Origin: Prolixibacteraceae bacterium | GTDB lineage: Bacteria > Bacteroidota > Bacteroidia > Bacteroidales > Prolixibacteraceae | Assembly (NCBI GenBank): GCA_021740385.1 | Contig: JAIOZY010000020.1 | Coordinates: 4,493 to 68,492, forward strand | Length of the DNA stretch: 64,000 nt | Reading direction: 5' to 3' | Shown: in pieces, positions 27,130 through 37,073 of the stretch | Position numbering within the stretch: position 1 is the stretch's first letter | Layout of the letters: each line of letters opens with the position of its first letter | Translations under genes and position numbers: made by a program | Notes under the pieces: model-generated | Databases searched by the model: none | What the model was told of the DNA's origin: nothing | Seen by the model: only the letters and a program-made list of their open reading frames with translations

Positions 27130-28878
27130 CTATTCCAAAAAAGTAATTCTCAAATTGGAATCGAAATTTTCCCCTCCGAAGCTAAACGCTTCTGGATTAT
27201 CGGTCGTACCCATTGATTGCATAAACTTCAGAAAGCCATAACCCGCGCTGGCCGAACAAAAGATTTTTTTCCCATAGGTTTTTAATGGTATCTCGTACTC
27301 GAGCCCGCCAAAATAAAATTTCGATTTTTCAGAAATTAGAAGGCCATCACTTTCCAAATAAAGCAATTTTAAGTTTTTTGTCAACTTGTATTTTAATGCT
27401 ACCTCCAGATGAAGACTGTTTAAATCGTTTTCTGTATCAGTTGCGAATTTTAGCTGCCGTTCATCAGTCAGCTTTTGGTGCAAAAGGTAACTGCCCTTTC
27501 TGGTTGAAACGGGGTAAGCTGTTATATTGGTTTCAAATTCAAAACGTGAAATGATTTCCAGTATTTTACCAAGCACTTGTTGTTTCGATGGTTTATTTAC
27601 TTTTTTCAATAAACTGTCGGCTTGCTGCATATTCACAAAAGCAGTTTGTACCGATTCGTTTTCGAGTATGGTATAGTCTTTCCAGTTTGAAGTTTCATAT
27701 GCTTCTGCTTTTTCTGAAATAACTGTCGAAAGGGCTGCCTGTTCTTCATAGGGTATAGGATCTGCCCGATTGGCCGTTATTTTTGTTTGAACGTATTCCG
27801 ATGATATGTCGAGGAGATAGCCTGTTTTTTTATTATGGATAGCTTGTTTTGTGAAAGCTGATTTCAGGTAATATTTTCCATCGATTTCACTGTAGTTAAT
27901 GGTTTTCAGGTTATCCAAGAAAACAATCCCATTTATCGGATTCCCTTTTTCATTTTTTTCGATACTAACGTCGTTGCTACCGTTCTCAAATTTCAAATAG
28001 GCCAGTGATTCTTTATCGATATAAAATTTGCCGGTAATACCTTTTTTTAACTCATTTTTAGGCGAGAAAGAAATGCAATAAACTTCTTTTTCATTGTAAA
28101 TTTCTTTGCCTTTTAGCTCATATTTATATTTTTTTGAAGGTTTCAGAATTGAGGCACGTTTTTTTACCAGGTCGATATAATGCGGGTAATGTATTCCGCC
28201 ATAAAATCGAACCGGGTTGATTGTGTCGGAACCGGGGGCAATATTCTTCCGGCTTTTTACAATTTTTACCTGACCGGTTTCATCGTTTTTGTACGATGTT
28301 TTGTAAACATCGAGAATCGCTTCGGAAATATACAAGTACCTGGCATCCTTCTGTTTTACACATTCTCGAAAAAAGCCGTTGCTGCGTGTAGGATAATCGG
28401 GGTAATTTTCAGGGATTTTTTCGTATGCCCTTTTAAGCAATGTCCTCAGGGTGCTGTCGGGCATAACAGTAACCTCGCCAATCAGGTAATCGGCAGGGAT
28501 CATCTTAACCGTAAAATTACTTGATATTTCGCTTATTGGAATAGACTTGCTTTTATACCCGATTGCACTGAACGAAATGGAATTGTTGTATAATCTGTCC
28601 GGGATTACCAGTTTGAAACCGCCATTACCGTTGCTCACCGTTCCGTAATATGTGCCTTCGACAGCTACGTTGACATAAGCAAGCGGATTGTTTGTTTTGC
28701 TGTTTAGGATCGTTCCTTTAATTGTTTGATTATTACCTGAAACGGTCACTGGAATTGTAAAGATTAAAAACAGTAAGCACTTAAAAAGTGATTTAAAAGA
28801 AACGTAACGATTGTCTTTCTGCAGGCGGTAATTACTGGATGTTTTAAGCAGGGAATTAGCTTCATTAAATACTCTCAT
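27130..28878 (-). CDS. Carboxypeptidase-regulatory-like (CarboxypepD_reg) domain protein, function unknown
   Basis: After the signal-anchor: TIKGTILNSKTNNPLAYVNVAVEGTYYGTVSNGNGGFKL, typical of the CarbR fold. ATG at 28878. Confidence 0.6.
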   Translation of the reverse strand: MRVFNEANSLLKTSSNYRLQKDNRYVSFKSLFKCLLFLIFTIPVTVSGNNQTIKGTILNSKTNNPLAYVNVAVEGTYYGTVSNGNGGFKLVIPDRLYNNSISFSAIGYKSKSIPISEISSNFTVKMIPADYLIGEVTVMPDSTLRTLLKRAYEKIPENYPDYPTRSNGFFRECVKQKDARYLYISEAILDVYKTSYKNDETGQVKIVKSRKNIAPGSDTINPVRFYGGIHYPHYIDLVKKRASILKPSKKYKYELKGKEIYNEKEVYCISFSPKNELKKGITGKFYIDKESLAYLKFENGSNDVSIEKNEKGNPINGIVFLDNLKTINYSEIDGKYYLKSAFTKQAIHNKKTGYLLDISSEYVQTKITANRADPIPYEEQAALSTVISEKAEAYETSNWKDYTILENESVQTAFVNMQQADSLLKKVNKPSKQQVLGKILEIISRFEFETNITAYPVSTRKGSYLLHQKLTDERQLKFATDTENDLNSLHLEVALKYKLTKNLKLLYLESDGLLISEKSKFYFGGLEYEIPLKTYGKKIFCSASAGYGFLKFMQSMGTTDNPEAFSFGGENFDSNLRITFLE

Positions 28879-28995
28879 CGTATTTTGTTTAGGGTACACC
28901 TATTAAAATGTTTAAAGTAAATAAGTGTTTAAAAGTATAAAATTGAGAGGAAAAACCTAAAAATTATTACCAGGTACTAATAAATTGTGAGCATA

Positions 28996-29026
28996 GAAAA
29001 AAATTGGCTACCTTTTGAAGATAGCC
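28996..29026 (-). terminator. Rho-independent terminator downstream of the GH13 gene
   Basis: On the - strand: GGCTATCTTCAAAAGGTAGCC followed by AATTTTTTTC. Confidence 0.6.
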
Positions 29027-29097
29027 CCCTTTATATATTGCACCTCTGAAACAAAATCCAAATACTACTATTTCTTCAAAAAAGAATCTGAATTTAA

Positions 29098-31863
29098 TTA
29101 TTCCTTTAAAAAACTTCCTCCGGAAACGATTTTATCAGTAGTGATGCATTGAATGATGTACAATCCTGCTTTTAACCCTTCAATAGAAATTGTGGCATTC
29201 TGAACCGGCTTTTCCCATGAATAAGATTTTACTCTGTGCCCGTTTATGTCAAAAACAACCAATGTGTTTATCGACTCGCCGTTTATGCTTATTTCACTTT
29301 CAGCCGGGTTTGGATAAACTTTCAGTTTCTGTTCATTCAGCCTGGTTCCTTCAATTGAAGAAATCGAGATTTCAGGATGTTCAAACTCCCGTGTCGAAAG
29401 TAAAAGGTATTCCCCTGCTGCAAGGGTAATATCCATGGTCTCTTCACTGACATTAAATTCCGATCCTTCAAAATAGTTATACCAGGTGCCGGTTTTTGGG
29501 AAAGTAACTGATATGCTTGCTTCTTCGAGTGCAAAATTACCAACGGCCACTACATGTTTATCACCGCTTGTCAGTGCATATTTTTTTTGTGCCCCGTTTA
29601 AAGAATAGCTAAAATCGGTGGTTGAAAATTCTTCGTAATTGTGTTTTAAAAAATTCAGCGAAGCCATTACCCTGAAAAGGTTGGCCCGGTTGGCATTATT
29701 GCGGTAGTTCCATTTTATGGGTTTCATGGCCAGGCGGCAGTCGTCGCTTATTGTAACCCCGTTTTCACAGGTGTTGATGGAATAATCGTAGCCCAGTTCG
29801 CCAAACTGCCAGATCATTTTTGGCCCGGGAAGCGGGATATGGAATACGGCATTTAATTCCATTCGTTTTAATGCTGTTTCAAGTTCGGAAGTATTGTAAT
29901 CACCTGAAGCATCGCCCCAGGTGAGGCATTTGTAGGTGAGGCGTTCTTCGTCGTGGCTTTCCTGGTAAGTGACCAAGTTGGGCGAATCCCATGCGCGTTG
30001 TTTGTAAACACCCCACGAAAGGTTGGAGTTGCTGCCCTGTACGTAGCCCATGGCGGCTTCGCCGTAATTATGGTTAATGTTTCCCCACAAAAGCAGTCCG
30101 TGGTTTGCCAGCTCTTTTTCTTCGGTATTATCGGCCAAATGCTCACATATTACCAGCGAGCCGGGTTTGCGTTTCCACATTTCATCGGCCATTCGTTTTA
30201 AAATGGCAATGCGTGGGGCATCGTAGTTCCAGCCATCGCCGGGGGTGTTGGTAAAGCCTTTGGTAAAGTCGAAACGGAAACCATCCACCTTGTACTCGCT
30301 CATCCAAAAGCTGTTTACGCTATCCACCAGTTCGCGGGTATATTCGCTGTCGTGGTTAAAATCGTAGCCCCACGAGTAAGTTTGGTTTGGCGAAGTTTCA
30401 TTATACCAAGGGTTATTGGCAGCGGGCCTGTCGGCGCTTTCGTTCCAATACATGCGAACAAAGGGGCTTTGTCCGTAGCTGTGGTTCAAAACCATATCGA
30501 TCACAACAGCCATGCCCCGTTTATGGCACTCGTCAATCAGCTTTTTCAGGTCGTTTTTAGATCCGTAATATTTATCGGGGGCGAAGTAAAACGCAGGGTT
30601 ATAGCCCCAACTGTTGTTCCCCTCAAATTCGTTTACCGGCATCAGTTCAAGTACGTTAACGTTAAGTTGTTCAAGGTGGTCAAGCTTGTCGATTACCGAT
30701 TGGTAGGAATGTTCGCTGGCAAAATCACGGATGAGCAGTTCGTAAATAACAAGGTTTTCCTGTGGCGGCATTTCAAAGTTTTCAATTTCCCAGGCAAAAG
30801 GTTCCTGGCCGGGTTGCAATACCGAGGCAATGCCTTCGGTTTTTCCTTCGGGATAAGCAATTAAGCCGGGATAAGTCGATGAAGATATGTCATCATCGTT
30901 CCATGGGTCACTAATTTTCTCAGCATACGGGTCGGCAATGCGTATTTCGCCATCGATAAAATACTGGAAGATGTATTCTTTTCCGCTTTCAAGCCCGGTG
31001 AGTTCATGCCAGAAATAATCCCCGTCTTTTTTCATCATGTACCGGTTTTGTGGCCTCCAGTCGTTAAAATCACCAAGCAGGAAAACGAAGTCTTTTCCGG
31101 GTGCAAACAATACAAGCCGTGCCGATTCATCGTCGGGGTAAGCAATGCCTTTTCGGTATCCGGAAGGCAGTGCTGCTAATTCGGGTTCCCCTTTCACACA
31201 AATGAAAGTTGAATCGGCAAGATGCTGACCTGCTTCAGTTTCTGCAGTAACCTTTACAATATGGTCACCCGGTTCATCAAATGAAACATCAACCTCGATA
31301 GTTTCTCCGGTTGTTTCGCCAATGGGTTCATCATCAATAAAAAACGAGAGCGTTGCCGCACTGCTCGATTGTGCCGAAAAGGTATACGTTTTATCGGTTT
31401 CGAGGATGGCATTTAAGGTTGGGAATGTAAAACTAAGATTTAACCCGGTTTCGTACACATCAACGAAAAGGTTGTTGGTTTGTTGTTTACTGTCCGACGA
31501 GCGGAACACAAACGACATGTTGATGATTTTTTCGCCGGCAGGAACATTGTAAAACGAATAGATATCGGGTGAGATCAGTAACTCGTAAATGCCATCGCCC
31601 AGGTAGGTGAGCATGGGTTGAGTTTCGTTGTTTCCCCAGCCTTCAATCACATATTGCCAATTGCCGTTACTTTCGGTACTCACGCCGGTATGTGCGTACA
31701 GGTCCTGGGTATAATATCCCAACCGGCTGTCTTCGTTCGAATCGAAAATAATCCGTACTGCTTCATTGGTAACCGGGAAAGCCGGTTCAGTTGTGATTTG
31801 TGCCCATAATTCAACGGATATTAGGATTAAAATTATTCCTGCTAAGTATCGAAAAATCTTCAT
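29098..31863 (-). CDS. GH13 alpha-amylase/pullulanase-type enzyme with a T9SS C-terminal sorting domain
   Basis: GH13 regions VIDMVLNHS, GFRFDFTKG, VICEHL and YQESHDEER. C-terminal ~80 aa (KVYPNPAESEISING...GLYIIQCITTDKIV) resemble a type A Por/T9SS CTD. N-terminal signal peptide present. Confidence 0.85.
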   Translation of the reverse strand: MKIFRYLAGIILILISVELWAQITTEPAFPVTNEAVRIIFDSNEDSRLGYYTQDLYAHTGVSTESNGNWQYVIEGWGNNETQPMLTYLGDGIYELLISPDIYSFYNVPAGEKIINMSFVFRSSDSKQQTNNLFVDVYETGLNLSFTFPTLNAILETDKTYTFSAQSSSAATLSFFIDDEPIGETTGETIEVDVSFDEPGDHIVKVTAETEAGQHLADSTFICVKGEPELAALPSGYRKGIAYPDDESARLVLFAPGKDFVFLLGDFNDWRPQNRYMMKKDGDYFWHELTGLESGKEYIFQYFIDGEIRIADPYAEKISDPWNDDDISSSTYPGLIAYPEGKTEGIASVLQPGQEPFAWEIENFEMPPQENLVIYELLIRDFASEHSYQSVIDKLDHLEQLNVNVLELMPVNEFEGNNSWGYNPAFYFAPDKYYGSKNDLKKLIDECHKRGMAVVIDMVLNHSYGQSPFVRMYWNESADRPAANNPWYNETSPNQTYSWGYDFNHDSEYTRELVDSVNSFWMSEYKVDGFRFDFTKGFTNTPGDGWNYDAPRIAILKRMADEMWKRKPGSLVICEHLADNTEEKELANHGLLLWGNINHNYGEAAMGYVQGSNSNLSWGVYKQRAWDSPNLVTYQESHDEERLTYKCLTWGDASGDYNTSELETALKRMELNAVFHIPLPGPKMIWQFGELGYDYSINTCENGVTISDDCRLAMKPIKWNYRNNANRANLFRVMASLNFLKHNYEEFSTTDFSYSLNGAQKKYALTSGDKHVVAVGNFALEEASISVTFPKTGTWYNYFEGSEFNVSEETMDITLAAGEYLLLSTREFEHPEISISSIEGTRLNEQKLKVYPNPAESEISINGESINTLVVFDINGHRVKSYSWEKPVQNATISIEGLKAGLYIIQCITTDKIVSGGSFLKE

Positions 31864-31886
31864 TTTAAATAGATTGATAACTGGTT

Positions 31887-31925
31887 AAAAAAAACAGCGC
31901 ACCCTTTAAGAGGGATACGCTGTTT
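31887..31925 (-). terminator. Strong Rho-independent terminator between susD-like and GH13 genes
   Basis: On the - strand: AAACAGCGtatCCCTcttaaAGGGtgCGCTGTTT followed by TTTTTTTT. Confidence 0.75.
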
Positions 31926-31973
31926 ATGACTGGTAATTATAAAATCCCCTGTTCTATAGCAATTTCAATTTTT

Positions 31974-33563
31974 TTATTGCCCGTAACCCGGGTTTTGTTG
32001 TAACTGGCCGTCCGAAGCTTCGATTGCTGTTTGAGGAATTGGCATGAGCAATGCTGTTTCGGGCGATGTAAAATCCTTGTTGGTTTTAGGCAAAAGGAAT
32101 GTGCCAAACCGTATCATATCCTGGCGGCGGTGCCCTTCCCAGTAAAGTTCGCGCCCACGTTCGTCAAGGATATCAAGTAGTTCGATGCTGGCCAGTTCAG
32201 GTGCTTCCCTTTTTCTTCTGAGTTGGTTAACCAGGTTCAGTGCACCGTTCATATCGCCCTTACGGGCCAGGCATTCGGCTTTCATAAGCAGCGCATCGGC
32301 ATACCGCCAGATGATAAAATCGTTTGGTGTGCGTGCAACATTAACCGGCTGGTTGCGGGGGTGGTATTTCAGCACGCGTACCCCTTGATTTTCAGCGGCG
32401 CCGTCGAGCGGGCATTCAAAAGTAAATACCAGCGGTTCACCTCCACGGGTTTTGAGGGTATCGCCATTCGTGTCGAACTGCATGCCGTGATTAAACCCGT
32501 TCACCACGGCCATTACCGGGTAAATGGTACTGTCAGCCCAGCGTACATCGGATGTAATGTCGGTACCTTCTATCCAGCATTCGTTCAGGTATCCCTCGGG
32601 TGCCATGCATCCGTTCCAGTTCGATGGATAATCGCCCATCAGGTGCTGGCTGTAGTGGAACGTGTGAGCAATCCAAATAACCTGGTTGTCGAGGCCATAG
32701 TCGTCGGCATCGTCAAGCCCGGCAACAAAAATGGCTTCATCGTCGGGGTTACGGTAATTCAAGTGATTGTCGGGGCCAAACATGTTAAAATAGTTGTCGG
32801 CCAGTTGAAAAGTTCCCGGATCGATGATCTGGTTCAGGTAAATGAGGGATGAATCCCATGCTGCCTGTCCGGTATACACTTCCTTGTTGATGTACATTTT
32901 TGCAAGGAACATACGTACGGCTTCCTTGTTAGGCACACCGTAATCGGCTACGGCCCTGTCGGGCATATCTTCCAAAATGGATTTCAGGTCGTTAACAATA
33001 AAGTTGAAGGCCTCGGTACGCGACATGTACGAAGGGTCTTTGGTGTAGTCGAGGTCGAAGGGGTCGCGATAAGGGGCTACGCCGTACAAATCGATCAGGT
33101 AGTACATGTAGAAATTCCTGAGGAATCGAAGCATTCCGCGGTAACCTTTTACTTCCTCCGAAACCTCTTCTTCGGTTCCCAGTACCGATATTCCGAAGTT
33201 TGCGGCTGCAATACCTTCGTTCAGTTTGTTCCATGTTCCGCCAACATCGCGGTGCACCGGTGTCCACTGGTGTAGCCATTGTTCCTGCCATACGCCCCCG
33301 TCGTACCAGTCGGTTCCACGGGTGGGGAAGCACAATTCATCGGAGTTGCTTTCCTGCATGCCCCATACGTTTTCCCTGTACCAAAGTCCCCTGAGGTGCC
33401 CCAGGGCGGGAGCAATAAGGTTCGGTATCAACTCAGGGTCCTGTATCAATACGTCCGATGTTACTTTATCCTGGGGATGTTCTTCAAGATCGGTACATGA
33501 AGTGAACATCAGGCTGCCGGTTAGAAGGGCAGCTATTACCGTATATTTAATTAGATTTTTCAT
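31974..33563 (-). CDS. SusD/RagB-family nutrient-binding outer-membrane lipoprotein
   Basis: Lipobox LMFTSC. C-terminal ..RGRELYWEGHRRQDMIRFG.. is typical of SusD homologues. Lies directly downstream of a SusC-like gene. ATG at 33563. Confidence 0.9.
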   Translation of the reverse strand: MKNLIKYTVIAALLTGSLMFTSCTDLEEHPQDKVTSDVLIQDPELIPNLIAPALGHLRGLWYRENVWGMQESNSDELCFPTRGTDWYDGGVWQEQWLHQWTPVHRDVGGTWNKLNEGIAAANFGISVLGTEEEVSEEVKGYRGMLRFLRNFYMYYLIDLYGVAPYRDPFDLDYTKDPSYMSRTEAFNFIVNDLKSILEDMPDRAVADYGVPNKEAVRMFLAKMYINKEVYTGQAAWDSSLIYLNQIIDPGTFQLADNYFNMFGPDNHLNYRNPDDEAIFVAGLDDADDYGLDNQVIWIAHTFHYSQHLMGDYPSNWNGCMAPEGYLNECWIEGTDITSDVRWADSTIYPVMAVVNGFNHGMQFDTNGDTLKTRGGEPLVFTFECPLDGAAENQGVRVLKYHPRNQPVNVARTPNDFIIWRYADALLMKAECLARKGDMNGALNLVNQLRRKREAPELASIELLDILDERGRELYWEGHRRQDMIRFGTFLLPKTNKDFTSPETALLMPIPQTAIEASDGQLQQNPGYGQ

Positions 33564-33590
33564 ACTATTATAATTGTTTGTTTTCAAAGG

Positions 33591-33606
33591 TCCGCCAGCT
33601 GGCGGA
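33591..33606. repeat. 16-nt perfect palindrome TCCGCCAGCTGGCGGA (class A palindrome)
   Basis: Self-complementary. Related copies at 43817-43832, 52004-52015 and 27003-27020 (variant). Confidence 0.9.
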
Positions 33607-33687
33607 TGGAACTCGCATGCATTTTAATCATACTCTTGGGTGTAATTTTTTCATATGCTCGTTTCATACTACTCATTCTTTTTCAAA

Positions 33688-36600
33688 TTAAAAAGTAACA
33701 TTTAAACCAAACATGAAAGTCCTGGCTTTTGGATAATTGGTAATGTCGATACCCAGTGAACGTACGCCGTTCATATCGGCTGAGGAAGAAACATCGGGGT
33801 CGTAGCCCGAGTATTTTGTAAAGAGCAGGAGGTTTGAGCCTGAAGCAAACACTTTCAGGTTTTCAATCCAGCTAATCTTTTTAACATCGAAGGTATATCC
33901 AATTGAAACATTCGACAGCCTCACGTATGATCCATCCTCGAGGTACCTGTCCGAAACTTTGGTCGAGTTTGTGTACCCGGCTTCGTCATATGCATATTGG
34001 CGTAAGGAATTTTTCGATTGTTTCAGGTTTGTTTTATCAAGCAAAAGGGCGGTGTTGTTGAATATTTTGTTGCCGTGAACACCATCGATGAAAAAGCTGA
34101 TATCGAAATTCTTAATCCTGATGGTATTGTTCAGCCCCCAGGTGAATGAAGGGAGGGCCGACCCGAGGAACATAAGCGAGTCGCCGCCGCTTTCTTTTTT
34201 AAGGTACTGAATACGTCCGCGGTGATCTATCGAGTCGAAAACCAGCATGTAGAACGAAGCCATGGTCCGGTTATTGGCATAGGCCTGTGCATAGGCTCCG
34301 GTTAAACCTTGTCCCCTGACCTGCCCGGTTGGAATAATTGAGGCATCATCGTCGAGGATATCAACGGCTGTATTTTTAATTGAAGTGCAGTTGAAGTTAA
34401 CGGTCCAGTTAACATTTTTGGTGTTTACGATAATCCCGTTCAGCCCAAGTTCTATCCCGTCGTTTTTAATGTAACCGTCTTCAATGTTGGAAACAAACGT
34501 GCTGGTTGGCGATAGTGCTTTGGTAGGTTGTTCAACCAACAAGTCGGTTGTGAGTTTTCGGAACAGGTCGACCGAACCCGACAAGCGCCCGTCGAAGAAA
34601 CCAAAATCAAGACCAATGTTGGTCGATGTTGTGGTTTCCCAGTGCAAATCGGGCTGCGGTGTTTTGTCAATTTTAAAACCGGTAATGGGCACATTGTTGA
34701 TGATGGCCGTTGCCCCTGCATCGGGTTTGAGCAGGAATGTTGAATTGTCGGCACCAATTTCCGAATTCCCGGTCATACCCCAACCCAAACGGAGTTTAAG
34801 GTTGTTAAAAACGTTCAGGTTTTTAATGAACTCTTCCTGCGACATGCGCCAGCCGGCAGCAATGGAAGGAAAGTTACCGTATTTACGGTTTGCTCCGAAT
34901 TTTGACGAACCATCGCGGCGGAAAGTGGCTGTTACCAGGTATTTCTCGTCGAGGTTATAATTGATACGCCCGAAAAACGATTGCAACTCTTCGGGGGTGT
35001 TGGCCCACGAGGAAATTTGCCGGTAGGCCGGATCGCCTTCCTGCATCTGGTTTATGTAATCGATTTTATCGGTTGTAAAATAGCCGGCCTGTTGGTTGTA
35101 TCCTGTTCGTTCAATGTGTTGGAACGAATAACCGGCCAGGGCATCAATGGTATGTTTTCCAAATGTTTTATTGTAGCTTACGATATGTTCAATAACGTAG
35201 TTCATCAACTCTTTGGTGTTGATTTGTGCGCGGCCCTGTTCTGCCCTCATGTACGACAATTCCTGGCTTTGGGCAATTTTTCTTATCGCATTGGTATAAT
35301 CAATTCCGAAGTTGGCTTTATATTTCAATCCGGTAAAAATGTTTACCGTGGCAGCGCCCCCGCCAAGAATGCGTGTTGTACGGGTAAGGTCATCGGTATA
35401 TTCAAGCATGGCAATGGGGTTGCGCTCTTCGGCCGAAATGGTCTGGAAAGGTACCCCGGTTGAATCGTACACCGGCCAGGTGGGGTTTGTTTTAAGCGCG
35501 TTTAACAGCAAATCGCCTTCGAATCCCAGTGCACCAACGGGCACGCGGTTTTCCATAATTTGCGATGCCGTAACATTGGCTTCAAGTAGAAGGCGGTCGT
35601 TAAAAGCATGTTGTGTAAGGTTCAGTCGGCTGACATACTTTTTTAACGAAGACTTTTCGATGATCCCGTTCTGATCGAGGTAGTTGAACGAAACCCTGTA
35701 TGAATTATTTTTTGAGCCGCCCGATAACGATAAGCTGTGCGACTGGCTTACTGCCGTGCGGAATATTTCATCCTGCCAGTCGGTTTCGTACCCGTAGTGG
35801 TTTTCATTGCCTTCATCAATGCCAAGGGAATCGATCCTGAGGGCGAGCCATTCCGATGCGCTTAAAACATCGAGTTTACGGGGCAATTGTGAAACGCTCA
35901 TGTAGGCTGAATATTCAATGTTGCTTTTCCCCTCTTTTCCTTTTTTTGTTGTGATGAGGATTACACCGTTGGCACCCCGTGAACCGTATATGGCGGTTGC
36001 CGAGGCATCTTTCAGGATGTCGAACGATTCAATATCGTTGGGGTTGATAAAGTTCAGCGGGTTTGTGGCCGGGGCGCCGCCCATACCGGCAGCAGAAACC
36101 CCGTCGGGTGAGGTTGTCGACATGTCGAGTGGGACACCGTCGATTACATACAGCGGTTGCTGGCTTGAACGGATGGTACTCGCGCCACGGATGCGGATTT
36201 GTGCTCCGGCACCGGGCTCCCCGTTGTTTTGGGTTATTTGTACACCGGCTATCCTGCCTTGTATCAATTGCTCGGGAGTTGCAGCCGTTGTGCGGTTAAA
36301 ATCTTCTTCTTTAACCGAACCAACAGCTCCGGTCAGGTCACTTTTTTTCGAAACACCGTAGCCCACAACAACTACTTCGCCCAGGTCCATTAAATCTTGT
36401 TCAAGTTCAATGGTTAGCTTACTGACTCCTTTTACCGGTAGCTTTTGTGGTGTGTAACCGATGTAGGAAAAGGAAAGAAAGGCATCTTCTCCGGGAACAT
36501 TAACCGAGAAGTTGCCGTCAATGTCGGTAACCGTTCCTAATGTAGTACCTTCTACAACAACGGTTACACCTGGCAGTGGTTCTGATGTTCCTTTATCGGT

Positions 36601-36702
36601 TACTACTCCGGTAACCGTTTTTTTCTGGGCATAGGTAACGGTTGCAAAGGCTATTGCAATTATTACCAAAACAATGCGCATTAAGTTAGATTTGAATTTC
36701 AT
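33688..36702 (-). CDS. SusC/RagA-family TonB-dependent outer-membrane transporter
   Basis: Signal peptide, CarbR-like N-terminal domain (VTGVVTDKGTSEPLPGVTVVVEGT), plug motifs (DASATAIYGSRGANGVILITTKKG), 1004 aa, terminal ..FGLNVTF. Confidence 0.95.
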   Translation of the reverse strand: MKFKSNLMRIVLVIIAIAFATVTYAQKKTVTGVVTDKGTSEPLPGVTVVVEGTTLGTVTDIDGNFSVNVPGEDAFLSFSYIGYTPQKLPVKGVSKLTIELEQDLMDLGEVVVVGYGVSKKSDLTGAVGSVKEEDFNRTTAATPEQLIQGRIAGVQITQNNGEPGAGAQIRIRGASTIRSSQQPLYVIDGVPLDMSTTSPDGVSAAGMGGAPATNPLNFINPNDIESFDILKDASATAIYGSRGANGVILITTKKGKEGKSNIEYSAYMSVSQLPRKLDVLSASEWLALRIDSLGIDEGNENHYGYETDWQDEIFRTAVSQSHSLSLSGGSKNNSYRVSFNYLDQNGIIEKSSLKKYVSRLNLTQHAFNDRLLLEANVTASQIMENRVPVGALGFEGDLLLNALKTNPTWPVYDSTGVPFQTISAEERNPIAMLEYTDDLTRTTRILGGGAATVNIFTGLKYKANFGIDYTNAIRKIAQSQELSYMRAEQGRAQINTKELMNYVIEHIVSYNKTFGKHTIDALAGYSFQHIERTGYNQQAGYFTTDKIDYINQMQEGDPAYRQISSWANTPEELQSFFGRINYNLDEKYLVTATFRRDGSSKFGANRKYGNFPSIAAGWRMSQEEFIKNLNVFNNLKLRLGWGMTGNSEIGADNSTFLLKPDAGATAIINNVPITGFKIDKTPQPDLHWETTTSTNIGLDFGFFDGRLSGSVDLFRKLTTDLLVEQPTKALSPTSTFVSNIEDGYIKNDGIELGLNGIIVNTKNVNWTVNFNCTSIKNTAVDILDDDASIIPTGQVRGQGLTGAYAQAYANNRTMASFYMLVFDSIDHRGRIQYLKKESGGDSLMFLGSALPSFTWGLNNTIRIKNFDISFFIDGVHGNKIFNNTALLLDKTNLKQSKNSLRQYAYDEAGYTNSTKVSDRYLEDGSYVRLSNVSIGYTFDVKKISWIENLKVFASGSNLLLFTKYSGYDPDVSSSADMNGVRSLGIDITNYPKARTFMFGLNVTF

Positions 36703-37014
36703 CTAATTAAGTTTAAATTTTTCTAAAATATTAGATGGAACTTGTCACGAATATTCGTAACGCGTTTCATTCATGTAAAAACATTTAAAATTATTGTCTG
36801 GCTTTTGGCACTAAGACTTCGGTTATGAACTGCGAAGCATTCCTCTTTTTACAGAGCAGACAATAAAATCAGAACCTTTTTTCAGGTTCATGTTGCAAAC
36901 AAATTCGTTTCTGTAAAAAAGCTTCTTTATATTTATACTGAAATGAATCTAAAGCAAATTACGCCTTTTTTGTATACGTTTTCCACTTTTTTGAGGTGTT
37001 TGGCAGAAAAAATG

Positions 37015-37065
37015 ACCGCAAACGATTGCGAAACCGTTTGCAGAAAACATGTTTTAAAACATGTT
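37015..37065. promoter_or_regulatory. Candidate LacI-family operator cluster upstream of the first (33688-36702) susC-like gene
   Basis: ACCGCAAACGATTGCG (37015-37030) overlaps TGCGAAACCGTTTGCA (37027-37042). It is followed by the palindrome AAAACATGTTTT (37044-37055) and a second AAAACATGTT. Confidence 0.5.
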
Positions 37066-37073
37066 ATAAAAAG

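Noticed and set aside
33564-33667. Mini-ORFs starting at the repeated ATGAAACGA: MKRA-stop at 3327, a 27-codon frame at 33667, a 23-codon frame at 51968. The latter two share ..SIRQLAD..
   Set aside because: The shared peptide is simply the palindrome read in one frame. The lengths and remaining sequences differ and one copy stops after 4 codons. There is no support for a conserved leader peptide, though translation is not excluded.
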